A DNA stretch of 64,000 nt from Candidatus Nomurabacteria bacterium (GCA_026396015.1 JAPLXP010000004.1:1546-65545); one strand, 5' to 3'; numbered from the stretch's first letter, positions 8,014 to 19,517 are shown. Numbers and translations: made by a program. The notes: generated from the sequence alone by a model not told the origin.

Positions 8014-9834
8014 TTATTTATCCCCTCCACTTCTCATCATTTTCAGAAAGACATCCTGTGTGATGTTTACTTTTCCGTTGGCAGCCTGGCGAGCCTTACC
8101 TTTCTTTTGCTTTTCCAATAGTTTCTTTTTGCGACTGATATCCCCACCTCCTACAACCTTACTGCCATGCATCAGCACATCCTTACGATAAGCAGATACA
8201 GATTCAGATGCGATAATACGTCCAAGAGCTTTACCTTGAATTTTAAAAGCGAATTGATGACGAGGAATTACCTTTTTCAGACGGTCCACTTGATCACGAG
8301 CCTCCTCCTCTGCACGACGACGAGATACGACACGACAGAATGCTACTACAGGTTCATCAGCGACGATGATATCTAGCCGCACTACATCTGCCTCACGATA
8401 TTCATCCATCTCATAAGAGATAGATCCATATCCTGATGTTAGAGATTTTAAATCATCAAAGAAATTTCTCATCAATTCACGTAGTGGCATATCTACTGTA
8501 ACCTGAGTTCTGTTGTCTCCAAAATTTTCAGTCATCTTGATATCTGCCTCATGCTCAAATAGAAATGGCATCAATACACCCACATACAAGAGTGGTGCGA
8601 TGATTTTTACATGAATCCATGGCTCGAATACTTTTACTACACTACTATCATCAGGGAAAAGGTGCGGTGAATATATAGTCTCTTCTTTTCCATTTCGTAG
8701 CAATACTTTGTAAGTGATAGACGGCATCGTCACGATCAATTGAAGATCGAATTCACGAGAAAGTCTTTCTGTAATAATCTCAAGATGTAGCATACCCAGG
8801 AATCCACAACGAAAACCACGGCCCAGGGTTCCAGATGTCTCCTCTTCATATGAAAAAGCAGAATCAGAAAGACGCAGCTTGCCTAGTGCGGCTTTGAGAT
8901 TTGTAAAATCATCTGCAGATTCAGGATACACAGAAGCCCATACTACAGGACGAGGATTCATATATCCAGGCAATGCAGTCGCACCATTTTTGGAATTTGT
9001 AACTGTGTCTCCTACAGATGCGATACCAGGTTTTTTGATACCTGTGACAATATATCCGATCTCACCACTACTTAGACTTTCTTTTGGATTTTCTTCAGGA
9101 GAAAATGTACCTACTTCCAGAGCGATGAATTGCTCGTCTGATACTGCGAATTTAAGATAGTCACCTTTTTTAAATGACCCACCAAAAATACGAACATACA
9201 CGATAACTCCGCGATGGTTGTCGTATTTAAAATCAAAAACGAGAGCGCTGTTTGTATTCTTGTCAGTCAGCACTTCAAATGTCGGAGCTGGGACACGAGT
9301 CACTATTTCACTCAGTAATTCTGCTACACCCTCGCCAGTCTTTCCTGATACGAGCATGATAGTGTCTGGATCGATATCTAGGAGTATTGCTACCTCCATT
9401 TTGACCTCATCCACACGAGACAGAGGTGAGTCAATCTTGGACAATACCGGGATGATGACTAAGCCTGAATCGCGTGCCATTTGTAGTGTTGTCAGTGTTT
9501 GAGCCTGGACACCCTGAGTCGAATCTACGAGCAATATAGAGCCTTCTACAGCCTTTAAAGCACGTGATACCTCGTAAGAGAAATCTATGTGACCTGGTGT
9601 ATCAATAAGGTTTAAAATATAGTTTTCATTGTCAACTTTATGTTCCATACGGACAGGCTGCATCTTGATAGTGATACCTCGCTCGCGTTCCAATTCCATA
9701 GAATCTAGGACCTGATCCTTCATTTTACGCGCCTCGATAGTACCCGTCACTTCTAACATGCGGTCTGCAAGAGTACTCTTACCATGATCAATATGAGCGA
9801 TGATACTAAAATTTCTTATATGCTTGATATCCAT
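8014..9834 (-). CDS. lepA: Elongation factor 4 (LepA)
   Basis: IRNFSIIAHIDHGKSTLADR, DTPGH, GFRCGFLGMLH and RKKKLLEKQK motifs. Confidence 0.97.
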   Translation of the reverse strand: MDIKHIRNFSIIAHIDHGKSTLADRMLEVTGTIEARKMKDQVLDSMELERERGITIKMQPVRMEHKVDNENYILNLIDTPGHIDFSYEVSRALKAVEGSILLVDSTQGVQAQTLTTLQMARDSGLVIIPVLSKIDSPLSRVDEVKMEVAILLDIDPDTIMLVSGKTGEGVAELLSEIVTRVPAPTFEVLTDKNTNSALVFDFKYDNHRGVIVYVRIFGGSFKKGDYLKFAVSDEQFIALEVGTFSPEENPKESLSSGEIGYIVTGIKKPGIASVGDTVTNSKNGATALPGYMNPRPVVWASVYPESADDFTNLKAALGKLRLSDSAFSYEEETSGTLGRGFRCGFLGMLHLEIITERLSREFDLQLIVTMPSITYKVLLRNGKEETIYSPHLFPDDSSVVKVFEPWIHVKIIAPLLYVGVLMPFLFEHEADIKMTENFGDNRTQVTVDMPLRELMRNFFDDLKSLTSGYGSISYEMDEYREADVVRLDIIVADEPVVAFCRVVSRRRAEEEARDQVDRLKKVIPRHQFAFKIQGKALGRIIASESVSAYRKDVLMHGSKVVGGGDISRKKKLLEKQKKGKARQAANGKVNITQDVFLKMMRSGGDK

Positions 9835-9878
9835 TATTCCCCTATCCTACCAGAAAAACACTTAAATTAAAAGGAGTA

Positions 9879-11636
9879 TTATTCTATAAATCCACCGACT
9901 TGATGATTCCAAAGTTCGGCATATTTACCATTCTTATCTATTAAATCTGTATGACTTCCTTCTTCTGCTATTTTACCCCCTTCTAGTACAATAATACGGT
10001 CCATCTTTTGAATCGTTGATAGGCGGTGAGCTATCACAATAGTAGTCTTGCCTTCCATCAATTTATTAAAAGCTTCCTGAATATATTGCTCTGAAATACT
10101 ATCAAGTGAACTCGTAGCCTCATCTAGTATTAGCACAGGCGCATGCTTGAGCATCGCACGAGCGATAGCGACACGCTGGCGCTCTCCACCAGAAAGTTTT
10201 ACTCCACGTTCACCAACGAGAGTATCATATCCATATTGTAAATTTGAAATAAAGTCATGAGCATGAGCTTGCTTTGCAGCTTCAACTATTTCTTTGTTTT
10301 TTGCTTTTGGATTTGCATATGCAATATTCTCTTTAATAGTTCGATGAAAAAGGATCGGTTCCTGAGGTACGTATGATATAGCGCTACGCAAATCGTCCTG
10401 TTTTATATTTTTGATATCCTGACCATCTATCAGAATAGAACCTTTTGTTACGTCAGAGAATCTAAGTAATAATTTTGTGATTGTAGATTTACCAGATCCA
10501 GAGTGACCTACGAGACCAATGCGCTCACCAGACTTTATGTCCAGATTAAAATTAGAAAAAACTTCACGATCTTCTATATATTCGAAACATACATCCTTGA
10601 ATTCTATATGTCCATTTTTAATTTTCAATTTTTCTGGTTTTTCTGGGTCCAAAATTTCAGGAACTTGATCAAAAATATCTGTGACTTCCTTCATATCTGT
10701 AGATGCTTTAACAAATTTTGTCATTGCTTTTACTATTCCCCACAACTTATCAAAAAGGTTCACCATATATGACTGAACAAGAACAAAAACCCCTGCTGTA
10801 ACTAGTCCGTCTACCCAGCTGTGTGCCAACATATATAATATAGATATATTTATACTCACCATGAATACACCCTGAGCAGCATCCTGGATATTCCCCCAGT
10901 ACCATGCGTTACTCCTGTGCTTCTTTTCATCTTCAGTGACTTCTTTATATCTGTCTATTTCAGAGGAACGAGCAGAGAAAATCTTCATTGTTACAATATT
11001 CGAAATAACGTCTGCTAGTGAACCTCCAACTTTCGAATCTGCCTCTGCTTCTAGCAAATCGTACTTCATCTTGTATTTAACAAAGAACAAAGTAAAAATT
11101 ACATATACAACAGCCCATATCATAAATGCTACTGCAATCTTTGGAACTTCTCTAAACAGCACATAAAAGATACCAACAACAGAGAGAAACGTGACGTAAA
11201 ATTCAAAAATCAAAAGATCGTGCATTGTCTCAAACCCACGAACAAAACGCTTAGTTTTTGCAACTAATCCTCCAGCAAATTGATTTGTAAAGAAATTGTA
11301 AGAATGTTTTGTTAATTTCTCAAAAGCATAATTATGTAAATCCCGCATTACATTACTCTGGAAATATGTTGTTGCAGATCCAGTGATACGATTCATAAAA
11401 TAACCCAAAATTATTACTGCAGATAAGAGAAAAATATAATGAAATAACACAGCTGAATTCTGCATACGATCACCACCATTAGATAATAGGTCTAAAATAT
11501 TTTTTAAAATAATAGGAGGAAGGAGCACTGAAGTGAAAACTCTGACAGTCTGCGTGAAGAAAAGTAGATAGAATGAGAACTTATATTTATTTATATGAGG
11601 CCATATATGCCTAAAAATATTTTTAAATGAAAACAT
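9879..11636 (-). CDS. ABC exporter, fused permease/ATPase (MsbA/MdlB-like)
   Basis: TM domain followed by GHSGSGKST, LSGGERQR, LDEATSSLD and IAHRLST. Confidence 0.93.
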   Translation of the reverse strand: MFSFKNIFRHIWPHINKYKFSFYLLFFTQTVRVFTSVLLPPIILKNILDLLSNGGDRMQNSAVLFHYIFLLSAVIILGYFMNRITGSATTYFQSNVMRDLHNYAFEKLTKHSYNFFTNQFAGGLVAKTKRFVRGFETMHDLLIFEFYVTFLSVVGIFYVLFREVPKIAVAFMIWAVVYVIFTLFFVKYKMKYDLLEAEADSKVGGSLADVISNIVTMKIFSARSSEIDRYKEVTEDEKKHRSNAWYWGNIQDAAQGVFMVSINISILYMLAHSWVDGLVTAGVFVLVQSYMVNLFDKLWGIVKAMTKFVKASTDMKEVTDIFDQVPEILDPEKPEKLKIKNGHIEFKDVCFEYIEDREVFSNFNLDIKSGERIGLVGHSGSGKSTITKLLLRFSDVTKGSILIDGQDIKNIKQDDLRSAISYVPQEPILFHRTIKENIAYANPKAKNKEIVEAAKQAHAHDFISNLQYGYDTLVGERGVKLSGGERQRVAIARAMLKHAPVLILDEATSSLDSISEQYIQEAFNKLMEGKTTIVIAHRLSTIQKMDRIIVLEGGKIAEEGSHTDLIDKNGKYAELWNHQVGGFIE

Positions 11637-11695
11637 TATTCCATGATACCAAAAAAATGCTTATTTTAGAAGCATTTTTAAAATATCATTGAAAA

Positions 11696-13381
11696 CTATA
11701 GCTCTCCTTGCTCTGGGGCGACTGGCTTCGAATGCCAGAATTTCTTTTGTATTGCACGATATATATCTACCAATTCTTCATTTTTTACAACTACGAGAAC
11801 TGCCCCACCCACAGCTATACCGATGATTCCAGAGAAGAATCCTTGAGCAAATATTCCCAATCCTGTATGAGTAGTAAAGATATCATCAAATATATTTAGC
11901 ATCATATATGCAACTGCGCCCATAGACACAGAGGCGAAAAATGATTGCATAAAAGTCTTGAAAATTCCAGACTTAATATCTTTCAAAAAATCTCTCTTAA
12001 ACATAGTCCAGATCAAAAAGAAATTTAAAACTGATCCCAAAACAAAAGCTATAGGCAATGCAAACATTTCTGTACCTGGCACTCCATGTACGCGCATAAA
12101 TCCCTCTATCCAATACAGCAACGATGAATCATTTTTAAATAGATGAATCAAGAAAAAAGCAAATATAATAGTAGCGACAGATGAAGATATATTCACAAAT
12201 AATGGCTTCATTGTATTACCAGATGCATAGTACCCTCTCACAAATAGTAGCACTAAACTCTGAGTCACCAATGATACTACAAACAATGCTGCAGCTGCTG
12301 CCGTCAGACGAGTATCAGCCCAGGAAAAAGTATTCGTACCTAGGGCCACACGGACAATTTGCGCACGGAGGACAATCACGAGAGAGATAACAGGCAGCGA
12401 CCAGAATATAATTTGCTTTGCAGATCCCACCACATGATTGATAAATGTATCCATATCTTTTGAAGAAAATGAACGCACAAGAACAGGAAATGCAGCAACA
12501 GAATATGATATACCGATGACTCCCACAGGAACAGATTGCAAATTAAAAGCAAAATTAAATAGTGATATAGATCCAGATTTTAAAGTAGAAGCGATAGCTA
12601 TAAGAGACAAGAAGGCCAAACTACCACAGGATAATGTGAGTGTTCGTGGTAATGATATCTTTATCACAGACCATATTTCCTTCCAATTTACTTTTTTAAA
12701 TGAAGGGAAAAATCCATGAGAAAATACGACTGGGATTTGGACACATAGATGCAATAATGCACCAATCACTACACCAAAAGCTAGGCCATAAACTCCAAAT
12801 ATAGGATACAAGAAAAATATTCCGCATAGTATTCCAATATTATAAAAAATTGGGGATAATGAAAAAACAAAGAAATTCTTGAATAGCTGTGTCACTGTAC
12901 CAATCAAATTTGAAAGTCCAATAAACAATGGAGACAATAGCATCCATCTACTTGTAGTGACCAATAGAGACAACTGTTCTGAATTAAATCCTGGAGCTAT
13001 GCGCGGTGCTAAAAATGGCATCAATAAATAAATCACAACACATATCAAGACCATGAACATCATATATGCACTAAAAATATTATTTATGAATTTTTGCGCG
13101 GACAACTTGCCCTCTTTTCCATTATGAATCTTGTCCACTAAAAATGGCATCAAAACTGTAATAGATGCAAGTGACGCTATAGATACATATAGAAAATCTG
13201 GCACACGAAATGCAGCATAATACACATCAAGTACAGGCCCTGGTCCAATTACATGAGCCAACACACGATCCCTATACAGACCCAGGAGCTGTGACACAAA
13301 TGTAAATGAGCCGAGCAGTAGCGCGGCCTCATTTACACCATGAAATTCTTTATTAATTAATTTAAATAATTTCTTGACCAT
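11696..13381 (-). CDS. murJ: Lipid II flippase MurJ/MviN
   Basis: SQLLGLYRD, DVYYAAFRVPD motifs; about 14 TM helices. Confidence 0.88.
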   Translation of the reverse strand: MVKKLFKLINKEFHGVNEAALLLGSFTFVSQLLGLYRDRVLAHVIGPGPVLDVYYAAFRVPDFLYVSIASLASITVLMPFLVDKIHNGKEGKLSAQKFINNIFSAYMMFMVLICVVIYLLMPFLAPRIAPGFNSEQLSLLVTTSRWMLLSPLFIGLSNLIGTVTQLFKNFFVFSLSPIFYNIGILCGIFFLYPIFGVYGLAFGVVIGALLHLCVQIPVVFSHGFFPSFKKVNWKEIWSVIKISLPRTLTLSCGSLAFLSLIAIASTLKSGSISLFNFAFNLQSVPVGVIGISYSVAAFPVLVRSFSSKDMDTFINHVVGSAKQIIFWSLPVISLVIVLRAQIVRVALGTNTFSWADTRLTAAAAALFVVSLVTQSLVLLFVRGYYASGNTMKPLFVNISSSVATIIFAFFLIHLFKNDSSLLYWIEGFMRVHGVPGTEMFALPIAFVLGSVLNFFLIWTMFKRDFLKDIKSGIFKTFMQSFFASVSMGAVAYMMLNIFDDIFTTHTGLGIFAQGFFSGIIGIAVGGAVLVVVKNEELVDIYRAIQKKFWHSKPVAPEQGEL

Positions 13382-13395
13382 TTATATTTTAAATT

Positions 13396-15741
13396 CTATT
13401 TTTTACTTGGGATAGTTAGTTTACTATTTTTTACTGGTTTTTTTATTAGATCAACTTTTACATCAGGCGTAGTACTTGTTCCTAACATTGCATCTTGAAT
13501 ATCTTTATTATTAGGAATCATCTGATTCAAAATTTTAAATTGAGCCACTGATTCTTCATTTCTTCCAGCTTTTTGATATGATTTTGCAAGGTAGAATCTA
13601 GTGCTAGCGTCAGATAGATCTAATGTTAGAGCTCTTTCAAATGCACCTACTGCATCTTCGTATGATTGATTATTGTATCTGTACACCCCCAACTGGAAAA
13701 ACACAGAAGGAATGTTAGGGCTTGCTGTAGCTGCATTCTCAGCTTGAGATATAGCAGTATTCAAATCTCCTTCACCAGAAGCAATCTGAGCTAATGCTAG
13801 ATATGCATCTACATAATCTGACTTCATTACAACAGCTTGATTCAAATATTCTTTTGCTTTTGAGTTATTTTTATTTACAACCTCTAATTGAGCTTTTGCA
13901 AGTAAAATAGATGGATTATTTGGTGTCAATAATTGAGTCTTGTCATATGCAATATTTGCATTTTCATAAGCATTACTTACACCCAATGGAACTAGGGCAG
14001 AATATACATTTCCAAGATTCATCAAATTTAAATACTGTTTTGGATTTTGTGCCACAGCAGCTGTAGCAGCAGATTCAGCACTATTCACCAATGATTGAAT
14101 ATTTGATTTTAGGGTATCTTTTGATTCATTCTTATCTTTCAATAATGCAGCCATTTCAGCTATATAAACCTGCGACAAGGATCTGTAATAGAAATCATTC
14201 TTGTCCAGCAATATAGCCTCAGAAATTAATTTATCTGATTGGGCCAGTGAGTTTATATCTGTGTACTTAACAGCAATACCTTTTGAAAAATATATTACAG
14301 ATGTAAATTTTTCTACATAGATATAGATCATGCTGATAGAAGAAAACATCAATACAACAAGTGCAAGTATAGAGAAAAAACTACTCCTTGGATCATTCAA
14401 AAATGAAAAATTGTACACAGGTAGAATCTTTTTAGTTACTAGAACTGCCAAGAATAACCCAGTAGAAGCAAAGGTTAACATTGTTAGCAATATACTTGGC
14501 GTATACATTATCATAACTATAAAACCATACAGAGAAAAAATAAAAGAAGTAACAAAGAAATAATTTGATGTACTCTTCTGGAATACGAATTTTAAAGCTT
14601 GTGATCCACGAACTATAAACATTATTATAAACACCAACCACGCCAATACCCCCAAAATACCAGCAGTAGCAAGATATGTAGGAATAAGTCCAACACCGTT
14701 TGTAAAATCTGTATTCCAATAAATTGTATTCTTAACTGCAGCTGGCTTCCACAAACTCCAGTCTAGATTAAAAGTATTTGGACCTGTACCAAAAAATGGA
14801 TTGTGCTTTATAGCATGCCATCCTATATTCAATGTAGCTGAAGTAGAAGGTCTGATGTCTGGATTGTAAACGTTTACATATTTTGACACTAAAACACCCA
14901 ATGATCCACTACCGATCAAGAACAAAAGAGAAACAATCATAACAACCAAAGATGTTACAGGTAGCTTTCTTGGAGCATAATCTTCCTCCTTTTTAGAATG
15001 GATCTGATTAGTAGATATTGAATATACAAAAATGATAAGAGAAAAGATACCAACTAACAACCAAACCAACGGTGTGTTTATAACTATCAAAAAAAATAAT
15101 CCAACTGCGACAATGATATATAGAACTATCCTTGCAGGCAATTTGTTGTTCAAAAACTCAAGAGTAAACAACGACAATATAACCATTAATCCAAAGAATA
15201 AAACAAAGTCATTCCATGAACCAATCAGATTACCTGAAGACATACCACTAAATAGTGTCGGGGATAGCTTACTGACATCAACAAAAAGATATATGATCTG
15301 GAAAATAGAGAGAACTAATGTTCCCAAGAAAAGTGCTTTGAAAAAATGAGATATTCTTTTTTCTGATTGGAAATGTATAGAAGATAAGAACAACACTAAA
15401 AACAATACTAGCATTGAGCCAAATGTCCCAAGCTCAAATCCCCCACCAAACAAAGAAGTGTAAGGTGACGAAGAGAAAAAAGATGCAATAAGAAAAACCA
15501 AAGGGATAGACAATGCAGCAAAAATTATACGATCCTTTGGTATCAGAAATTTTCCATCAAGCAACCTTGCAATCAACCAGAAGAAAACAGACACAGCGAC
15601 CCCCACAGATACGAGGAAGCCCTTACTAGCATCTAGTGTGACAGGAATGAAAGGCACAAAAAAGAAAATTGATAAAAAGAATGTTGAGATAAGCGAATAA
15701 AAAGATATCTTATCCAAGAAACTAACTTTAGGTGAATCCAT
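13396..15741 (-). CDS. Polytopic membrane protein (O-antigen ligase/Wzy_C-like) with C-terminal TPR repeats
   Basis: About 12 TM helices, NPFFGTGPNTF periplasmic motif, TPR-pattern C-terminus. Confidence 0.7.
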   Translation of the reverse strand: MDSPKVSFLDKISFYSLISTFFLSIFFFVPFIPVTLDASKGFLVSVGVAVSVFFWLIARLLDGKFLIPKDRIIFAALSIPLVFLIASFFSSSPYTSLFGGGFELGTFGSMLVLFLVLFLSSIHFQSEKRISHFFKALFLGTLVLSIFQIIYLFVDVSKLSPTLFSGMSSGNLIGSWNDFVLFFGLMVILSLFTLEFLNNKLPARIVLYIIVAVGLFFLIVINTPLVWLLVGIFSLIIFVYSISTNQIHSKKEEDYAPRKLPVTSLVVMIVSLLFLIGSGSLGVLVSKYVNVYNPDIRPSTSATLNIGWHAIKHNPFFGTGPNTFNLDWSLWKPAAVKNTIYWNTDFTNGVGLIPTYLATAGILGVLAWLVFIIMFIVRGSQALKFVFQKSTSNYFFVTSFIFSLYGFIVMIMYTPSILLTMLTFASTGLFLAVLVTKKILPVYNFSFLNDPRSSFFSILALVVLMFSSISMIYIYVEKFTSVIYFSKGIAVKYTDINSLAQSDKLISEAILLDKNDFYYRSLSQVYIAEMAALLKDKNESKDTLKSNIQSLVNSAESAATAAVAQNPKQYLNLMNLGNVYSALVPLGVSNAYENANIAYDKTQLLTPNNPSILLAKAQLEVVNKNNSKAKEYLNQAVVMKSDYVDAYLALAQIASGEGDLNTAISQAENAATASPNIPSVFFQLGVYRYNNQSYEDAVGAFERALTLDLSDASTRFYLAKSYQKAGRNEESVAQFKILNQMIPNNKDIQDAMLGTSTTPDVKVDLIKKPVKNSKLTIPSKK

Positions 15742-15817
15742 TGTAAAAAAATAATATAAATTAATAATATTACTGCATTAGTAATTCTTATATTATATCC
15801 TATTTTAAAGTAGAAAA

Positions 15818-18295
15818 CTAGACAACAATATTCACGAGTCTACCTTTTATGTAGATAAAACGCTTTATTTCCCCGCTTGAAATCCAATTTTTAATTGATT
15901 CATTACCCAAGACCATCTCTTTTACTTTTTCTTCAGATTCTTCTGGGTTTATTTTAATTTCAGCGCGAACTTTGCCATTCACCTGGACAGCAATAGTAAT
16001 ACTATCTTCAATTATTTTTTTTGGATTATATTTTGGCCAACCAGAAACATGAATTGATTTCTTCTCCCCCATCTCATGCCATAGCTCCTCGGTAAAGTGT
16101 GGTGCAAAAGGTGCGAGAATCTGTAGGAACATTTTCAAATCACTAACAGATATAAACTCGTGCTTTTCTGCCTCATTTACGAAGATCATCATAGAGGAAA
16201 TAGCCGTATTGAAAGCAAAATTTTCTATATCTTCATTTACCTTTTTGATTGTCTTATGTAAAACCTTCTCTAGCTCAGAATTAGTTTTTTTATCCTTAGA
16301 TGACTTTGATGCCAATCGGTACACTCGCTCGATAAATCTACGTGAGCCAATAATACTCTCTGTACTCCAAGGCAGACTCTGATCAAATGGACCCATGAAC
16401 ATCTCATATACACGCAGGGTATCTGCACCATATGTTTTTACTATTTCATCTGGATTGATCACATTGCCCCAGCGCTTACTCATCTTGCGGTTATCAGATG
16501 CTAGAATCATACCCTGATTCTTCATCTTCTTGAATGGCTCCTCTGTCGCGGCTATTCCGATATCCTTTAGGAATTTATGCCAGAAACGAGAATACAAAAG
16601 GTGCCCAGTAGCATGCTCTGCTCCACCGACATACATATCTACATTTTTCCAGTAATTCATCTCTCCATCCCCCACTAGATTTTTACTATTCTTTGGATCC
16701 ATATATCGTAGGAAGTACCAAGAAGAACCAGCCCATCCAGGCATAGTATTAGTCTCATAACCTTCTTTTACCCAAGCCTTCACTCCTGCGAGTGGCCCCT
16801 CTGCCTTTCCTGTAGGCTCATATGAAGTAACCTTTGGAAGTTCAAGTGGCAACTTTTTCACAGCTGATATGATCCCATTCTTATCTCTCTTCAATGGAAT
16901 TGGTTCACCCCAGTATCTCTGACGTGCAAAAATAGCATCACGCATTTTATACTTTGTGACTATTTTTCCTCCAACAGCTTCTGTGATCTCATTTTTATCA
17001 ACCAGAGGTTTATCAACAACAGGAAGATTATATTTAAGCGCAAATTGATTATCCCTCTCGTCATACATAGGCACTGCCATCACAGCACCGGTGCCATATG
17101 AAGACAATACATAATCAGCAACCCATACAGGAACTTCTTCGTTGTTAGCAGGATTGATAGCATATACACCTTCGAGAACTACTCCTGTTTTTTCTTTTGC
17201 TGCATTGTTTCGATCCTCTTCTGGTTTATTCTTTACATCGCTTATATACTTCTCTACTTCTTTTTTGTTTTTTATTTGATCAGATAATTTTTCTATCAAA
17301 TAACTCTCTGGAGCCAGCACTACATATGTCACACCAAAAAGAGTATCAGGACGAGTAGTGAATACTTTTATCTTTTCATCATTATTTTTTAATTTAAATT
17401 CAATCTCACTTCCTGCACTTTCCCCTATCCAATTCTTCTGAATCTCCTTTATATGACTGGACCACTCAAGTGTCTCTAAGCCTTTAATCAGACGATCTGC
17501 ATAAGCAGTAATACGCATAGACCATTGCCTGATAATCATTTTTTCGACAGGGAAACCTCCGCGCTCGGAGACTTGCTTACCATCTTTGCCATCTACTATC
17601 TCATCATTGGCCAGCACTGTACCGAGACCTTCACACCAGTTCACCTCACTCTCAGCTTCGTAAGCTAGTCTGTAATTCATCAAAATTTCTTGCTTCTTTA
17701 GAGAATCAAAAGATTTCCACTCTTTTCCTGAAAAGATTATTTTACAAGTATGATATGCATTTATTTTTGCATTGCCACTTTTTTCAAAAACTTTTATTAG
17801 ATTATCTATGCTCTCTGCTTTATTTTTCTTTGTATCATAATATGAACTGAAAAGCTGAAGAAAAATCCATTGAGTCCATCGATAGTATTCTGGGTCTGTA
17901 GTATTTACCCGGCGAGACCAATCATATGAAAGACCTATGATTGAAAGCTGTTTTTCAAAAGTTTTTACATTTATATCTACAGCCTTTCTAGGATGAATCT
18001 TGTGTTCGATAGCATACTGCTCTGCAGGTAGACCAAAGGCATCATAACCCATAGGATGAAGTACATTAAATCCTTGCATTCGCTTTACTCGAGCATATAC
18101 ATCACTACCGATATATCCACGTGGATGACCTACATGAAGACCAGCACCAGATGGATATGGAAACATATCTAGAACATAAAAAGGTTTTAGTTTCTTTACC
18201 TTAGCTTTTTTTGAATCAAGAGTCTTGTATATATTGTTCTCATCCCAATCCTTCTGCCATTTCTTTTCAATTTTACTGTGATCGTATTCTTTCAT
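15818..18295 (-). CDS. leuS: Leucine--tRNA ligase
   Basis: MFPYPSGAGLHVGH, GYDAFGLPAE, FTTRPDT, GTGAVMAVP, KMSKR and VQVNGKVR motifs. Confidence 0.97.
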   Translation of the reverse strand: MKEYDHSKIEKKWQKDWDENNIYKTLDSKKAKVKKLKPFYVLDMFPYPSGAGLHVGHPRGYIGSDVYARVKRMQGFNVLHPMGYDAFGLPAEQYAIEHKIHPRKAVDINVKTFEKQLSIIGLSYDWSRRVNTTDPEYYRWTQWIFLQLFSSYYDTKKNKAESIDNLIKVFEKSGNAKINAYHTCKIIFSGKEWKSFDSLKKQEILMNYRLAYEAESEVNWCEGLGTVLANDEIVDGKDGKQVSERGGFPVEKMIIRQWSMRITAYADRLIKGLETLEWSSHIKEIQKNWIGESAGSEIEFKLKNNDEKIKVFTTRPDTLFGVTYVVLAPESYLIEKLSDQIKNKKEVEKYISDVKNKPEEDRNNAAKEKTGVVLEGVYAINPANNEEVPVWVADYVLSSYGTGAVMAVPMYDERDNQFALKYNLPVVDKPLVDKNEITEAVGGKIVTKYKMRDAIFARQRYWGEPIPLKRDKNGIISAVKKLPLELPKVTSYEPTGKAEGPLAGVKAWVKEGYETNTMPGWAGSSWYFLRYMDPKNSKNLVGDGEMNYWKNVDMYVGGAEHATGHLLYSRFWHKFLKDIGIAATEEPFKKMKNQGMILASDNRKMSKRWGNVINPDEIVKTYGADTLRVYEMFMGPFDQSLPWSTESIIGSRRFIERVYRLASKSSKDKKTNSELEKVLHKTIKKVNEDIENFAFNTAISSMMIFVNEAEKHEFISVSDLKMFLQILAPFAPHFTEELWHEMGEKKSIHVSGWPKYNPKKIIEDSITIAVQVNGKVRAEIKINPEESEEKVKEMVLGNESIKNWISSGEIKRFIYIKGRLVNIVV

Positions 18296-18333
18296 ATTTC
18301 TTGTCCGCCTAAATGTTTAATCTTTTGGCGTGA

Positions 18334-18891
18334 TTATTTATTAAATCTTTTTATTGTAATCCAGATCAGCAGACACAATGCGAGTCCGAGAATGATGAGC
18401 TTTGCCCAAGTATCAGCATCTGACCAGTAGCGCATTGATGCGATCAATAGTGACAATATTCCACTCCATGCAAAGGCGATAGATAGTAGAGATACGCCGA
18501 TAAATGATGATAATACTAGCATGAGCACACCCACAATAACTAGTGTGATAAATACATTACGATTGTATACCTTCATCGCAGCATCGTAAACTTTTTGTTT
18601 TGTATAACCTTCAAAACAAGACCCTGTGATCTCAGTCTTACCCCTTTCAATCGGAGAGATACTCTCTGTCCATTGACCACCCACCATGACACATTTTTCT
18701 TTTGAAAGAATAGGCTCCACTATTTGAGGATTGATTGCATAAGTATCGTTTACTGGTTCATTGAAAATCAGTGATACTGCATAATTAAAAAATAAATTAG
18801 ACACAATTACTATTGCGACGATAACTGCTATTTTAATAAAAGAGTGTGTTTTCTTATCGCTATTTTGCTGTGAATTGTTTATATTTTCCAT
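18334..18891 (-). CDS. Hypothetical membrane protein (4 TM, extracellular Cys pair)
   Basis: Hydrophobicity pattern; CVMVGGQW...SCF loop. Confidence 0.7.
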   Translation of the reverse strand: MENINNSQQNSDKKTHSFIKIAVIVAIVIVSNLFFNYAVSLIFNEPVNDTYAINPQIVEPILSKEKCVMVGGQWTESISPIERGKTEITGSCFEGYTKQKVYDAAMKVYNRNVFITLVIVGVLMLVLSSFIGVSLLSIAFAWSGILSLLIASMRYWSDADTWAKLIILGLALCLLIWITIKRFNK

Positions 18892-18935
18892 ATATAAATT
18901 AGATTATAGCAAAAAAATGAGTTATAATAAATACC

Positions 18936-19511
18936 ATGTTGCAACAAGTCAAAAAACGTCAGATTGACGCAATTGAGCGCTTTGCTATAAAAGCGACACA
19001 GTCAATTGGATCCACTAATTCTATACTCGTACATACAGCACTATTCATGATGTCATTCATGATGTATTTTATTGGTTTTGATTTGAACAACATATTGCTT
19101 GTACTAACGACTATCGTATCCCTCGAAGCAATATACCTTTCAATATTTATTCAAATGAGTGTGAATAGACAAGCCAGAAAACTCCATGCCGTATCCAAAG
19201 ATATCGAAGAGATTCAGGAAGACGTAGAGGAAATTCAGGAGGATGTGGAAGAGATTCAGGAAGACGTGGATGAAATCGGTAAGGACGTCGAAGAGATTCA
19301 AGAAGATGTGGATGAAATTCAAAAAGATGTGGATGAGATTCAAGAAGACGTTGACGAGATATCTGAAGATATAGAAGACCATACAGAAGAAGAAAAAACT
19401 AATGACGAAAAAATGTTATCTCAAATCGAAAAGACTCTCGGACTACTAATAACTGAGATTGCAGATCTAAAAAAGCAGCACTCTGAATTGATAAATAAAA
19501 AGAAAAAATAA
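18936..19511 (+). CDS. DUF1003-like membrane protein with an acidic heptad-repeat coiled coil
   Basis: LTTIVSLEAIYLSIFIQMSVNRQ followed by about 8 copies of (D/E)EIQEDV. Confidence 0.75.
   Translation: MLQQVKKRQIDAIERFAIKATQSIGSTNSILVHTALFMMSFMMYFIGFDLNNILLVLTTIVSLEAIYLSIFIQMSVNRQARKLHAVSKDIEEIQEDVEEIQEDVEEIQEDVDEIGKDVEEIQEDVDEIQKDVDEIQEDVDEISEDIEDHTEEEKTNDEKMLSQIEKTLGLLITEIADLKKQHSELINKKKK
19200..19379 (+). repeat. 21-bp degenerate coding tandem repeat (about 8 units)
   Basis: gaagagattcaggaagacgtg-like units encoding EEIQEDV. Confidence 0.85.
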
Positions 19512-19517
19512 AACACC

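Noticed and set aside
19200-19379. CRISPR-like or non-coding tandem repeat
   Set aside because: Contiguous 21-bp units with synonymous variation inside a CDS; no spacers.
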